Positions 25,355 through 38,976 of a DNA stretch of 64,000 bases are shown here, piece after piece. Under the pieces are notes generated by a model. That model was not told the origin of the DNA. It made no database searches and saw only the letters and a list, made by a program, of their open reading frames with translations. Source of the stretch: Camelus ferus. Lineage: Eukaryota. The position numbers and the translations under genes were made by a program. The stretch covers positions 28,646,001 to 28,710,000 of the forward strand of contig NC_045697.1 in the NCBI RefSeq assembly GCF_009834535.1. Direction: 5' to 3'. Every line of letters starts with the position of its first letter. Within the stretch, counting starts at the first letter, position 1.

Positions 25355-26345
25355 CTGTTGAAGAGAAATAAACCAAAGCTTCCTTATTTTACCACACGAA
25401 TAGGAAGTTTACTCTTTTGCTAAACCAATAAAGAATCAAGAGGCTCAGGCTGCGTTAGAAGCCTGACCAAGTGAGGTAACGTCAGCAAGATTCAGACCTG
25501 TGGTTACAGACTGTTGCTCTCTTGTATCATGCTGTGGATTTCCATTTAACCTTACTAATGTCAGACAGAAATGACTGCCTAAAACCCCTGGAGAGAAAGA
25601 TTAGTTGTCAAGAAAACAACACAACTATTCTCTCTGTTGACGGTAGGAAACCCTAAAACAAAAATATGACAGATGAGAGGACAGTAGTCTCCAGTCTATG
25701 TTCTTAGTGCTCCACAGAGGAGGGGCTGCAGGAAGAGGCCCTACCATCTCTGTAAACCACAGATAGTCCGTTACTTTTTTCATATTGGGGATTCTACGAA
25801 TAAAAATGTGTTCAGAATACCACCAGTTGAATATAGTTTTAAAATTTCATGAGTTACAATAAAATCTTTAAAAGCCTCAATATTTAGTGGTGATAAGAGT
25901 AGGGTCATGTGGAAATTCTTATGCAGTAGCTAAGATAGTAAACACTTGACAGAATCTTTTTATTAAGTGGAAAAGAAAATGTTATTAACAATGTTATCTT
26001 AATTCATGCTATACCAATTTTCTTGAGTTAAAAATTAAAAATTAAAAAACATAAATTCAATTTCAGTTTTCCTAAATATTAAATTTCCACATGCCCAGAT
26101 TTCCAAAATAGTTGTATTACAAATTCTTCCATTTTTTCCATTTAACTTTTCTGCACTTAGAATGCTACACAATGTCTATATTACACTATCAATTTCCATC
26201 ATTTATTATACTAAAATTCACACTATTATTTTGTACCAAGACATTTCTAAAAGTATTTTTCTGATATAGTGCTTTAAGGAAAAAAGCTGAAAGATGAACC
26301 AAGTAGTGAGTGATACTAATAAAAACAACTGGAGAAAAAAATTGC

Positions 26346-26491
26346 CTTGATCGATTTCCGGTTGAAGGGTTCAGCTCTGAATTTACATTGATATTGCTTC
26401 CACTCTCAGCTCCAGTGCTTCTAACATATGGTTTCCTTCCCGTTGCTGATAAAGGCTTGTTCACTGCACCTAGTACTCCAGCAGGTTTTGG
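26346..26491 (-). CDS. PDS5A: PDS5A coding exon (146 nt), [48 protein letters not shown](R); GC donor
   Basis: tttttag|CCA AAA ... TCA AG|gcaatt. The phase-2 start of the next exon and the RSREQ continuity fix the donor at GC. Confidence 0.93.
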
Positions 26492-27207
26492 CTAAAAATT
26501 ACACATATGCATGTTATTTTATACTTTACTAAGGAATACATATAAATTTGGACACATGTGAGATATTATTTTGCTTAAGCCCAGGAATTGTTAATTTGGA
26601 AAACTGAACCCTAAATTTATTACAAATGGTAATTCTGTAAAACTGTTCATCTGAACATAATTACAAGTATAGGCATTACCTCTATTTAATAATAATTAAG
26701 CAATATTTAATTATTCCTTATTGCTCAATCAAAATAAAAGCACCCCTAAAACACAGTGAAATATATAATAGATACGACATAATATCTTAGAGATAAACTA
26801 CTGAATATATACAGTAATAGTTTAGATACTGTTTATCAAAAATTAAACTTCCTTTTGCTCTTTTAGGTGTCATATTACCTTTCAGAATATAAATGATCTA
26901 ATTCATTAATACTTGAAAATGATTTCTTTAGCTTCCATATCTAAATTTATTGTATCATTCTTCAGGGAAATCTGTTTTGTGGATTCTAAATAACTTGAAG
27001 CCTGTCAGTACTGACGAGAACACATGTTCATAATTCAAAAGTGGTTCATGACAGAAAAAAGCCTGAGAACAAATGCTACAATCCACAACATGATCCCTGA
27101 AAATCAGGAACTATAAAATGTGGGGAACATTTAAATGTTATTTCTAAGACTAGCAGAAGTAATATGCACATGAGATAAAGACCCCCAAATTATTTAGTAC
27201 ATAATAC

Positions 27208-27270
27208 CTTTCCTGTTAACAGAAGTACTCTTGTCTCTTCTGAAATGTAACTCTTGTCATTACAAAAGTC
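27208..27270 (-). CDS. PDS5A: PDS5A coding exon (63 nt), [21 protein letters not shown]
   Basis: T23-GGGGGG-acag|GAC ... GGA AAG|gtatta. Confidence 0.95.
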
Positions 27271-27280
27271 CTGTCCCCCC

Positions 27281-27303
27281 AAAAAAAAAAAAAAAAAAAA
27301 AAA
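27281..27303. repeat. A23 homopolymer (polypyrimidine tract of the 63-nt exon)
   Basis: Seen directly. Confidence 0.95.
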
Positions 27304-29338
27304 GTGAACATGCATACACGTACTTTTACTGTCCATTTAAGTTTTCAGGCATTGTGCCTTACAATAACAATTTCATTTGTGCTGAAAAACATATCAAATC
27401 ACCAAATAATCATAGCACAATTAAGAACCATACAATGAGTCTAGTTTTAAAATTAAAAAAAAAATAGCACATAAGACTTAGGCAGATGTCAAAGATAAGT
27501 TACTTAAACCACATTTTAAATGAAACAATTCTATTTTTTCCTATGGTTCAGGACAGACAATCTACAGTTTATTCAGTGAACTATCTCCTCTTCTATTCTA
27601 TTATAAAAATGCCCTGGGAATAGCACACAACTAAACCCTCGTGGTGTCACAAAAGCAAAATGACTTACTGCAATTAGGAAGTTCATTAATTTTTAAGTAA
27701 TCTCACTTAAAAATTAGTTTTTCTTTTACTGTTTACCTTCACAGTAGTGTCACAGAAAAGAACGAAGGGCTTAAATGTGCCTAAAAGAAATCACATTTTT
27801 GGAATGTTTTCTGGGCAAAGCTCTATCTTTTTTCCTTTCTTATGTTTCCCCACAAAGACATTTATGCAGCTAAAATAAACGTTACAAATCCTGGGCACCA
27901 AAATTCATTCATTTTACTCATGAAGATACTCTATAGCCTCACTTAGCTCATTATCTTAATATGCCTAGTTTTCTACTGTTTTAATTTACACCAGATTAAA
28001 AGCAACACGTTAGAAAAGGAAATGAGGAAATCTGCTTACTGAAAATAGGGAAAACCTAAGTTATTACACTAAGAGGCTAAAAACACTCTAAACTTCGTAT
28101 CAAAACAAAAACAATGAGAATTATGTACAGTGACAAACAGCAATTTTAATTCTTGATAATGGGATTACTGTTGCATAAAGATTTATTTGTACTATTCCAA
28201 TAATAATAGCCCTAGGTCAACAACAAAGTAAATTTAAACTCAGGGGTTCACTTAGGAATATTTATAAAGACCAGTAAATTCAATTAGAGGGCAAATAACT
28301 TTGTAATCCTTTAATTCCTATCAAAAACCAGGCACAGTAAATTCTGAAAACTAAAATCTGATTAAAATTTTTGTCAAAGTATGGCATCCCAAGTGGAAGC
28401 TCCGTTTCTCACAGTGTTCCTCCGTAAAATACTCTAAGGGGAGTATTACTCTGAAACATATCTTCAGGTTTGATAATGTGTAGAAAAAAATTTTTAATGC
28501 CATATTTTTTCCAATTAAAAATATTTAGGATTTTGTTTCTTAGACAAAACACAGGAAAGTTAAACTTTAAAATACCACCTTAAAGCAGAAGACAAATAAA
28601 AGACATTCTTTTAAAAAAAGTTTTTAAATCCAAATTAGTTGGGAAACCTTAAAGAGCTTTAGTGAGCTGGAAAATTTAATAACATGGAAAACTTCATTTG
28701 TTGATAGCAGAATAAATGTACTATGTATTAATTATTAATAATACTATTTATTAATAAATGCTTACTATGTGACAAAGTCTTAGAAACCTAGATATATTAG
28801 TAATTGTTCAGTTATTATCATCACCTACAGTTTAGAGATGAAGAAATTGAAGCTTAGAGAGTTGAGAGAGTTAACTTGTGTAAAGTTCCTCAGGTTGGAA
28901 GTGGTTGATCAGAATCCAGGTCTATCAATGACCAAGACCAATTCGGTTAACTCTAACATTTTACTTCATACATAGATGTATATATATTTACACCGTATCA
29001 AACATTTTGTTTACTTCTTGTCTGAAAAAATACTAACAGTGTTTTAATAAAATGAGATGAAAACAAAGAAATCTGAAAATTCCTCTTACATACTAGAAAT
29101 ATCCAGAAGGAAAAGCTCACATAGGAACACCACCACCAAGCTCGATTTGTATTCTCTACTCTGTAAGTGAGAATGATATTTTTCAGGCTTTGGAAGACAA
29201 TCTCTCATTTCTTGATAAACTCGTAGAGGTATTTTTTTTAACTCTGTAGTCAAGACAGTCCAATATGTGCCACTAGGGCTGATGGTAACACATTTAAATC
29301 AGTCTAGTGAGGTAAAAAAATGAGGGGATGAAAATTAC

Positions 29339-29458
29339 CTTTTCGGGTTGTGTAAAAAATTTCATTGGAAGGACTGGATCCTTTGGTGAATCTGCATTGC
29401 ACAAAGCACTTTTACTATTTATAACACACAGGGCCACATCACATACTGTATAAAGTTT
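29339..29458 (-). CDS. PDS5A: PDS5A coding exon (120 nt), [40 protein letters not shown]
   Basis: ccctag|AAA CTT ... GAA AAG|gtaatt. Confidence 0.96.
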
Positions 29459-29981
29459 CTAGGGAGGAAAAAGAAAGATCATACATAAGTTTCATTAGTG
29501 CAAAACAGCCACAAGTACCCAATGTATAAAATGGAATCAAAAGAATAATATGTGGTTATTATTTATTCCATGAATATTCTGCATTTGTGTTTGGCATTTC
29601 CTCCTAGTAAACAACAAAAACCCTTCATCTTAATTTAATATGAATATCAAGAACACATTAAAAATACCAAACCAAACTAAATGAAACATACAAACAGAGT
29701 ATCTACTTGTCTGTGACTCTTACTAAAAGGTCATAAGATAGCATGGTTATAAATTTTACAAGTTCTTATCCCCATGCTCTATAGATGTTTTAGTATCTTT
29801 TCCAGAATAATACACATTCTTGAATTAATAGAATTCAATTTTAATGAAATGAAAAACTGACTATAACTTTTAATAAATATGCTATAACCTATTTTATTAT
29901 GTAACAGGAAAAATAATTGGGACAAGGGTCATATTTTTTCCTCTAACATCTTAATACCCATTGGTCTAATACATATCTTAC

Positions 29982-30114
29982 TTCATTTGTCTTGGATTCA
30001 TCTGGAGACTGGGCATCTTTTGTTAGTTTGATGTTCTCTGCCATCTTCTTCATAAAGGCATGGCTATTATTTTCATTCTTTGTCATTAAAACTTCAAGCA
30101 TGAACCATAGGCAC
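29982..30114 (-). CDS. PDS5A: PDS5A coding exon (133 nt), [44 protein letters not shown]
   Basis: atttag|G TGC ... AAT GAA|gtaaga. Confidence 0.96.
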
Positions 30115-30699
30115 CTAAATGGTAAACATATTCACTTGGTAAAGAGACTAACTGTAGTTGCTTTTGCTAATGGATTAAATATATTACTTGGAAGCTCTGT
30201 TGTCCAAATACAACAAGAGTAAAATATAGAGAAAACTCTAATGAGAGTAATAAAAATAACTTGCTAATAATATTCAATTCAAATGGAATATTACATCTCA
30301 AAGTAAAACAGTGAAAGTGAAAATATTGCTTAATATGAGAAAGTCTGATGGTTTCATGAAGCACATAAAGATTCATTCTATAGGTATTTAATAAACATTC
30401 AGATGATATGATGTGTATTAATGCCCAGCAATGATGAGCAAACCAGCATATAGCATATATAGCATACAGTCCTATGATTTTTATTATTTGCAAGCTATAT
30501 AGAAGATCTAGGATTTGTATGTAATTCTACTGTGACATAACTGAATTTCATGTCCTTTGAGGCTAGTGTGCATAGTAACCAATCATTCAGCTAAACAGTC
30601 ATATCTCAAGCCATTTTTGCTGTTTTCCATTTGTTATTGTGTATTTATTTAATACACAAAGTGAATTCTTGTCTCTCTCGTTCTTTTATATATGAAGTT

Positions 30700-30822
30700 C
30701 CGTTGTATCTGCAGTTCCACCAACTGTGGATCTTGTAGTACTGCTGTATTTACTATTGAAAAAAATCTGCATATAAGTGAAGCCACAGAGTTCCAACCTG
30801 TGTTCTTCAAGAGTCAATTGTA
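30700..30822. mobile_element. TcMar-Tigger fragment (Tigger2/MER8-like end)
   Basis: aaaaatctgcatataagtg...gagttccaacctgtgttcttcaagagtcaattgta resembles a Tigger terminus ending in TA. Confidence 0.6.
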
Positions 30823-32138
30823 AATACAAAAAATAGAGGCAGTAATGGAGGAATTAAATAACAAAAAATATACATGTAAGATAGAAAAGTGTATGGCATA
30901 AGTAATTCCTTCCTTATCAGTGATTATTTTAAAATGAAAGTAGATTAAATCCTCCAATTAAAAAGCAGAGATATGGAGAGTGGATTAAGTAAAACAAACA
31001 AACAAACAAACAAAAAAACCCCCAAACAACCACCTATATTCTATCTATGAGACTCACTTTAGATATAAAAACAAAATATTTGAAAGTAAAAGAATGGAAA
31101 AAGTATATTTCATGCAAATAGTAACCAAAAGGGAGCAGGTGGCTATTTTATGATCAGACAAACTGGATTTAAAGTTAAAAAAAAAACAAAAAAAGATTGC
31201 AAGAGACCCAGAACTCTGCTGATGAAAGGATGAAAGGTTCAACCCAGTAAGAAAATATGACTATTGTAAATACATACAAACCTAACAACAGAGCCCCCAA
31301 AATCTGTGCAACAAAATTGACAGAACTGAAGGGAAAAATACATAGTTCTACAATAATAATCAGATATTTCAATACCATGCTTTCAATAATGGATAGAAAA
31401 AATAGAAGGAAACCAAAGAAAATAGAAAATTTGAACAACACTATAAACAAATCAGACATGTCAGACATACATGGAACACCCCAACTAACAACAGAATACA
31501 AATTTTTCTCAAGTGCACATGGAATATTCTCCAGAATACACCATATGGTAGGCCACAAAAGAAGTCTTAATACATTTTAAAAGACTGAAATTATAAAATG
31601 TATCTTTTCTGACCAGAATGGCATGAAATCAGAAGTCAGTAACAGAAAACAGGGAAAACTGGAAAACTCCACATACATATAACCCACATACTTTTAAATA
31701 ACCAATGGGTCAAAGAAGAAATCACAAGGAAAATTAGAAAATACCTCGAAACAAGTAAAACAAAACCAACATACCACAACTTACAGGATTCAGTACTGGT
31801 AATGCTAAAAGGAAAATTTATCACTGAAAACACCCTACATTAAAAAAAAACTAAATCTCAATGAATATCCTAACTGTACACCTTAAGAAACCACACACCT
31901 TGACTAGAAAAAGAAAAGCAAACTAAACCCAAAGCTAGCAAAAGGAAGGAAATAGTAAATGAAATAGAAGATAGGAAAAAAGAAAAACCAATGGGACCCA
32001 GTTATTTTTTAAAAAATCTAAAAAACTGGCAGAATTTTTTTACTAGACTGGCAAAGAAAATAAGACAAATCACTAAAATGAGGAATGAAAGAGGTGACAT
32101 TAGTACCCACTTAACGGAAATAAAAAAGAATTATAAAA

Positions 32139-32245
32139 GAAGAATATGAAAAAGAATATGTATGTATAAATGAATCACTATGCTGTATACCAGAAATTTA
32201 CACATTGTAAGTCAACTATACTTCAATAAAAAATTAAACCAGAAA
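32139..32245 (+). mobile_element. Short cetartiodactyl-type L1 3' tail nested in the older L1
   Basis: gaatcactatgctgtataccagaaatttacacattgtaagtcaactatacttcaataaaaa; imperfect flanking repeat aaataaaaa(a)g(a/g)attat. Confidence 0.75.
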
Positions 32246-34462
32246 AAAATAAAAAGGATTATCAGCAAATACTATGAACAACTACAAATCAACAAAATGA
32301 ATAACCAAGTTAACAAATCTCTAGAAACACACAAACTAGCAAAATTGACTTAAGAAACAGAAAATCTGAAAATACCTATAAGGAGACTGAATCAGTAATT
32401 TAAAAACTCACAAAAAAGAAAAGCCCAGTCCAGATTCATTCAAAGAAAAATTAACACCAATCCTTCTCAAACTCTTAAAAAAACTGAAGAGGAGAGAATG
32501 GTTCCTAACTCATTCTATGAGGCCAGAATTACCCTAAAAACAAAGCCAGACAAAGATACTACAAGAAAACTATAAGCTAATATTCTTTATTAATACAGAC
32601 ATAAAAATCCTCAAAAAATACTATCAAAACAGAATCAGCAGCATATTAAAAGGACTATACCACGACCAAGTGGAATTTATCCTGTGAATATAAGGGTGAC
32701 TCAACATTTGAAAATCAAGCAATGTAATATACTACATTACAAAATGAAGGGGGAACATCACATGATCATCTCGATGCAGAAAAAGTATTTGAAAAAGTTC
32801 AGCATCTTTTCGTGATAAAAACCCTCAATAAACTAAGATGAGATGGGAATTCTCAATATGAAAAAGGCCATATATAAAAAACCCACAGCTAAAAACATAG
32901 TCAGTGGTAAAAGGCTGAAAGCTTTCCCTGAAGATAAAGAACAAGACAAGGATGCTGGCTTTTGTCACTTTGACATATCACTGAAGTTCTTGTTAGAGCA
33001 ATCAGAAAAGAAATAAAAGGTACTGAAACCGAAAAGGAAGAAGTACAACTATTTCTCTTTGCGAGTGACATAATCTTATATGCAGAAAAACCATAAAGAA
33101 TCCACAAAAAAACCCTGTTATTAGACATTACATAGCATCAAAAAGAAGAAGATATTTAGGAATAAATTTAACCAAGGAAAAACGAGATAACTATAAAAGA
33201 GTGATTAAAAAAAAAGACTTAAGTTAATAGAAAGAAATCCTGGGTTCACAGGTTGGAAAACTTAATATTGTTAAGTTGGCAATAACACCCAAAGTAACAA
33301 ACAGATTCCATACAATCCCTACCAAAACCTCATCTGGCATTTCTTGCACAAATGGGAAAACACATCCTAAAATTCATATGAAATTTCAAGGAACCCCAAA
33401 CTGCCAAAACAATCTTGAACAAAGATGGAGAATATGTCCCAAAGTTAAAACTTACTATAAATCTATAAATAAAACAGTATGGTACTGGCATAAGGATAGA
33501 TATACAGACATAATGAACGGAATTGAGAACCCAGAAATAAATCCTTACATATATGGTGAAATGATTTTAACACGCGTGCTAAGGCCAATCCATGGGGAAA
33601 GAGCAGTTCTTTCAACAAGTGGTACTGGGAAAGCTGGATATTCATAAGCAAAAGAATGCATCCGGACGCTTACCTTATAGTATATACAAAACTAAACTAA
33701 AAATGGACTAACTGGACTAAATATCTTAATTCAAGAGCTAAAACTGTAAAACTCTTAGAAAAATAGTAGCAAAACTTCATTAATTTGAATTTGGCAATGG
33801 TTTTCTTAAAAATGACAACAAAATTATAGAAAATAAAAAGAAAAAATCAATAAACCTGACTTCATTATAAATGTGCATCAAAGGACACTATCAAGAGTTT
33901 AAATCATATATTGGTTAAGGAATTAATATCCAGCTATATAAAGAACTCCTACAACTCAACAATAAGACAACCCAATTTAAAAATGGGCAAGGACTTGAAT
34001 AGATCATTCCGCTAAAGAGGAAGGATTAAAAATGGCCAATAGCACATGAAAAGATACTACAAATCACTAATCATCATGGAGATGCTAGTCAAAAGCATAA
34101 TGAGATATCACATCACACCTATTAGGAAGGTATTTAAAAACAATAAATACTGATTAGGATGTGTAGAAACTGGGAACTCCTGGCACTGCTGGTAGGAATG
34201 TAAAATGGTGCAGCTGCTGAGGGAAACAATTTGGTGGGTCTTCAAAAAGTTCAACACAGAATTAGCATGTCACCCAGCTGATTCCACTCCTAAGTATTAT
34301 ACACCCAAAAGACTGAAAAACAGGGATTCAAATAGATACTTACATGTCAATGTTCATATCAGCATTATTCACAATATTACCAAAAGGTGGAAACAGCTTA
34401 GGGTCCATCAATAGGTAAGTGGATGAACAAAATGTGGTGTGTGCATGCAATGGAATATTATT

Positions 34463-36261
34463 ATTTTAATTGAAGTATTGGTGATTTACAAGGTTGTGTT
34501 AACTTCTGATATACAGCAAAGTGATTCAGTTATACATATATATTCTTTTTCAGATTTTTTCCATTGTAATTTATTACAAGGTACTGAATATAGTTTCCTG
34601 TAATATACAGTATGACCTTGTTGTTTATTTTATATATTATAGTATGTGTCTGCTAATCTCAAACTCCTAATTTATCCCCTTTCCCCCACCCTTTGGTAGC
34701 CATAAGTTTGTTTTCTATGTCTGTGAGTCTCTTTCTGTTTTGTAAATTAAGTTCATCTGCATCCTTTTTTTAGATTCTACATATAAGTGATATCATATAT
34801 TTGTCTCTGTCTGACTTACTTCACTTAGTATGATAATCTCTGGATCCATCCATGTTGCTGCAAATGGCATTATTTCATTCTTTTTTATGGCTGAGTAATA
34901 CTCCATTGTGTATATGTACACAAAATCTTTATCCATTCATTGATCAATGAACATTTAGACTGCTTCCATATCTTGGCTATTGTAAATAGTGCTGCTATGA
35001 ACACTGGGGTGCATGTATCTTTTTGAAACAGTTTTCTCTGGGTATATGCCCAGGAGTGGGATTGCTGGGTCACATGGTAATTCTAGTTTTAGTTTTTTAA
35101 GGAACCTCCATCCTGTTCTCCATAGTGGCTGCACCAATTTACATTCCCACCAACAATCTTGGAGATTCCCTTTTCTCCACACCCTCTCCAGCATTTATAT
35201 TTGTAGACTTTTTTATGATGGCCATTTTGACTAGTGTGAGGTGATACCTCACTGTAGTTTTGATTTGCATTTTTCTAATAATTAGCGATGATGAACATCT
35301 TTTCATGTTCCTGTTGGCCATCTGTATGTCTTCTTTGGAGAAATGTCTATTTATGTCTTCTGCCCACTTTTTGATTGGGTTGTTTCCTTTTTTGATATTA
35401 AGCTATATGAGCTGTTTGCATATTTTGGAAATTAATCCTTTGTTGGTAGTAACACTTACAAATATTTTCTCCCATTCCGTAGGTTGTCTTTTCATTTTAT
35501 TTATGGTTTTCTTTGCTGTGCAAAAGCTTTTAAAAGTTTGATTAGGTCCCATTTGTTTATCTTTGCTTTATTTCTTTTGTCTTGGGAGACTGACCTAAGA
35601 AAACTTTGCTATGATTTATGTCAGAATACTTTACCTATGTTCTCTTCTAGGAGTTTTATGGTGTCATGTCTTATATTTAAGTCTTTAAGCCATTTTGAGT
35701 TTATTTTTGTGTAGGGTGTGAGGGAGCATTTCAACTTCATGATTTACATGTGGCTGTCCAGCTTTCCCTATATCACTGTCTTTTCTCCAGTGTATATTCT
35801 TGCCTCCTTTGTCAAAGATTAATTGACTGTGGGTGTGTGGGTTAATTTCTGGGCTCTTTATTATGTTCCATTGATCTATGTCTGTTTTTTTGTGTCAATA
35901 CCATGTTGTTTTTGATTACTGTAGCTTTGTAGTATTGTCTGAAGTCTGGGAATCTTATGCCTCCAGCTTTGTTCCTTTTCTTTAGAATTTCTTTGGCAAT
36001 TCTGGGTTTTTGGTGGTTCCATATAAATTTTAGAATTATTTGTTCTACTTCTGTGAAAAATGTCATGGGTAATCTGATAGGGATCACATTAAGTCTACAG
36101 ATTGCTTTGGGCAGTATAGCCATTTTAATATTAATTCTTCTAATCCAAAAGCATGGGATACTTTTCCATTTCTTTGAATCATCTTCAATATCCTTTATCA
36201 ATGTTTTATAGTTCTCAGCGTGTAAGTCTTTTACATCTTTGGTCAGGTTTATTCCTATTTT
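34463..36261 (-). mobile_element. Younger 5'-truncated L1 (1.8 kb) inserted antisense into the older L1
   Basis: ORF2 C-terminal peptides ([21 protein letters not shown]...; [11 protein letters not shown]...[14 protein letters not shown]); perfect 15-bp TSD caatggaatattatt at 34448-34462 and 36262-36276. Confidence 0.93.
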
Positions 36262-38861
36262 CAATGGAATATTATTTAGCCATAAAAGGAAATGAAGTTC
36301 TGACAAATGCTACAACATGCATGAACCCTGAAAGTATTGTGTTAAGTGAAATAACAGATACAAATGGACAAATATTGTATGATTCCACTTACATGAGGTT
36401 TCTAGAATAGGCAAATTCAAAGAGATATAAAGTAGTGGTTACCAGTGGCTGGAGACAGATGCAATGGGGAATTGTTACTTAATGGGTACAGATTCTCTGT
36501 TTGGATGATGAAAAGGTTTGGAAACACAGTGGTGATGGTAGCACAATACTGAAAATGTAATTAATATTTTACTACAATAAAATAGTGATACAATAATAAG
36601 CCACTTCCACAAAGTTACATGACCGCAGTTTGAAAAACATATTATTCAACACTTCAAATTACAAGGTAAAAAAGAAAAATATAAGGTAACTTAAAATGAA
36701 ATGTTTAAAAATATTCAAAAGAATTGCATGCTAGATAGAACCAAAAAATATGTGCCAGTGATTTCAATTCTAACTCTAATTACTTCAGTACTTCAGTACT
36801 CTTTCCACATCACTGCTGCCTCTCTTAAGTCTAATCCCTTTTCCACATGACTGCCTTGCAACTGAAATAGGGCTAAAAGGGTCCCTAACATAGACCTTGT
36901 GTTTGAGGCAAATACATACATTGTCTTTTCATTTTATAAAAGTGCTTTGTGGGAAATTCCAAAATAAAAGTTGTTTAAACAAACAAACAAAAAACAAAAA
37001 AAAGAAGAGAAAGAAAAAAAAGAATTTACAAATATAAACATTTACAAAATAAACAAAAGTTAGAATTGGAAGATATTTTAGGAATTATATATTTCGTCTT
37101 CTGCATTTTACGGATAAGCCCAGAGAAGTAAAGGTTTTATTCACAAAGCTGGGACTAGACTCTATGTCTCCTGAAAGATACTTATGTGGCTTCTTAAAAT
37201 ATATACCAATTAAAACTCTAAAAAACAATTTTCTTTAAGGCAGACTTATTTTCAAGCATTTGAAGTATAAAGACAATATCACTCAAATGATGTGTTGGAA
37301 GCAGCAACTGAATGACAAGCCTTCAAAATGTAAGGAGCTCACAGGCTGATGCCTAAGAGTATTGTTGGACAAAATATACCTCTTCCAATTGTTAAGATTT
37401 TGACACAATTTCAGTGACCAAAGCTTCAGAAGGCAGACATAAATGCTGATTACAACTTTAAATAAGACTAGGAATAAGGCTTAATGTCACACATAGAAAA
37501 ATCATAATGCCTTAAATATAAGGTGAAGGAACTAATTTAAAAGTGCAAAGCAGGGAGCTGTCTCTACCAGCCGTGCTGGCTGATAGCTCTTGGCTCAAGT
37601 GCTTTCTTTCCCTGCTGGAGCACTTTCCTTCCATTTCTCCTCCTGAGCAATAAGTAGCTGTTCATTTCATCTCTCTGTCTCTGTCATCCTTTCATAGCCT
37701 GCAGCAAGTACCCACACTTTGGTGGGCTTCCTAATTTAAGGATCCCTCTATGTGCTAAAAGAATGATGATTGTCTCATACCTGCCATTGGGAAAATGCTC
37801 AGTAAGGATGCCCTGCTCAGTCTTTCTGGCCCTCTCTCCTCCCCTTCAGAGCAACCTTCCTCATTTATTCTCTCTTTACCCATAAGCTCCCAAAGAATGG
37901 AGGGTGGGACAGAGTGGGAACGACAGTATAGGAGACTGCCATTTGGGGGATGCTCACTCTGACAGGGTGGGAAGTTCACATGGGGGTGGCGTGGGAAAAC
38001 AGAATGCACAGTTCAGGCTCAGTTCCTCCCTATGACTCCTCCCCAACTTTACCTGATCTTTCCCTCCCTTACTCCAGGGAATGGTTTCCCATTGGCTCAG
38101 AACACTTAGAGCCTATTAGAACATGAAGGCTCCAAGCTTAAAAATCCCAGCTCAGAAATGCCTATTTTCATACAAAGAATAGATATTAACTTTACTTAGA
38201 ACAACTTAAAAAAAAATGCAAAGCAAAAGCATAGCAATGGGAAAATAAATATTGTTTTAAAGTTTTTTGGAAGTCATTTGTAGATAATTCTAGGCAACCT
38301 CAAACCCTTTCCCTCACCCTGCATCATATACAAATTTCTGTTTTACATAAAGATGCTTCTTAAACAAGTGTTCTATAATTGTTTACTTGCCTGGCTTTCC
38401 ACTAGAGACAAATTTCTGACTAGTGTAACAAATTGAATTTTGTATTACCATAGTCCTGCCACAGAATATCTCCTGTGTGCGCATATTTTTAAGGCATTAT
38501 CTTTTGAAGTTGAAAGTAAAGTTGAACTTTTCAAGGAGAGAAGTTTTCTCTACATGGCTTTCTAAATTATCAAACTTCAGTAACTGAAGCCTATCTTAAT
38601 ACAAACAGTAAAAATAACATAAAAAGCAAACCAGTCTATCTCATAGACTCAGACAGTTTACTGCAAACAAATAGGAAACAAACAAAATCAAACAGAACCT
38701 GTTAGATGGGAACAATTTTTTAAGATAAAACTTAAAATTTACAATAAAAGAACAAAACCACAAAAAGGGTTTTATTCTAATGGAAACAGTAACAGGAAAA
38801 AAAATCATCATCTTTTAAAGACTAAACATAATTTTTATAAGTCTTAATCAACATGACTTAC

Positions 38862-38976
38862 TCTTTAATATCACGAAGCTGATCAACATCTTGCGATCTT
38901 GTAAAATCTGGATCATGGGCTAGCAGGTGGATCATATATGGAACTACATATTCAGGCAACAGTGATAATAATTTCT
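38862..38976 (-). CDS. PDS5A: PDS5A coding exon (115 nt), [38 protein letters not shown](E)
   Basis: ctttag|AG AAA ... AAA GA|gtaagt; inside ORF 38858..39058. Confidence 0.97.

Larger units (their letters stand above)
30830..36580 (+). mobile_element. Degenerate L1 (L1MA/MB type), ORF2 through 3' UTR, with two nested younger insertions
   Basis: ORF fragments match L1 ORF2: TIVNTYKPNNRAPK...YFNTMLSIMDR...FFSSAHGIFSRIHHMVGHK (endonuclease) and KTVWYWHKDRYTD...IENPEINPYIYG; many frameshifts. Confidence 0.92.

Noticed and set aside
31175..36410. Many ORFs of 60-154 aa on both strands
   Set aside because: Fragments of degenerate L1 ORF2 or their antisense shadows; no intact ORF2.
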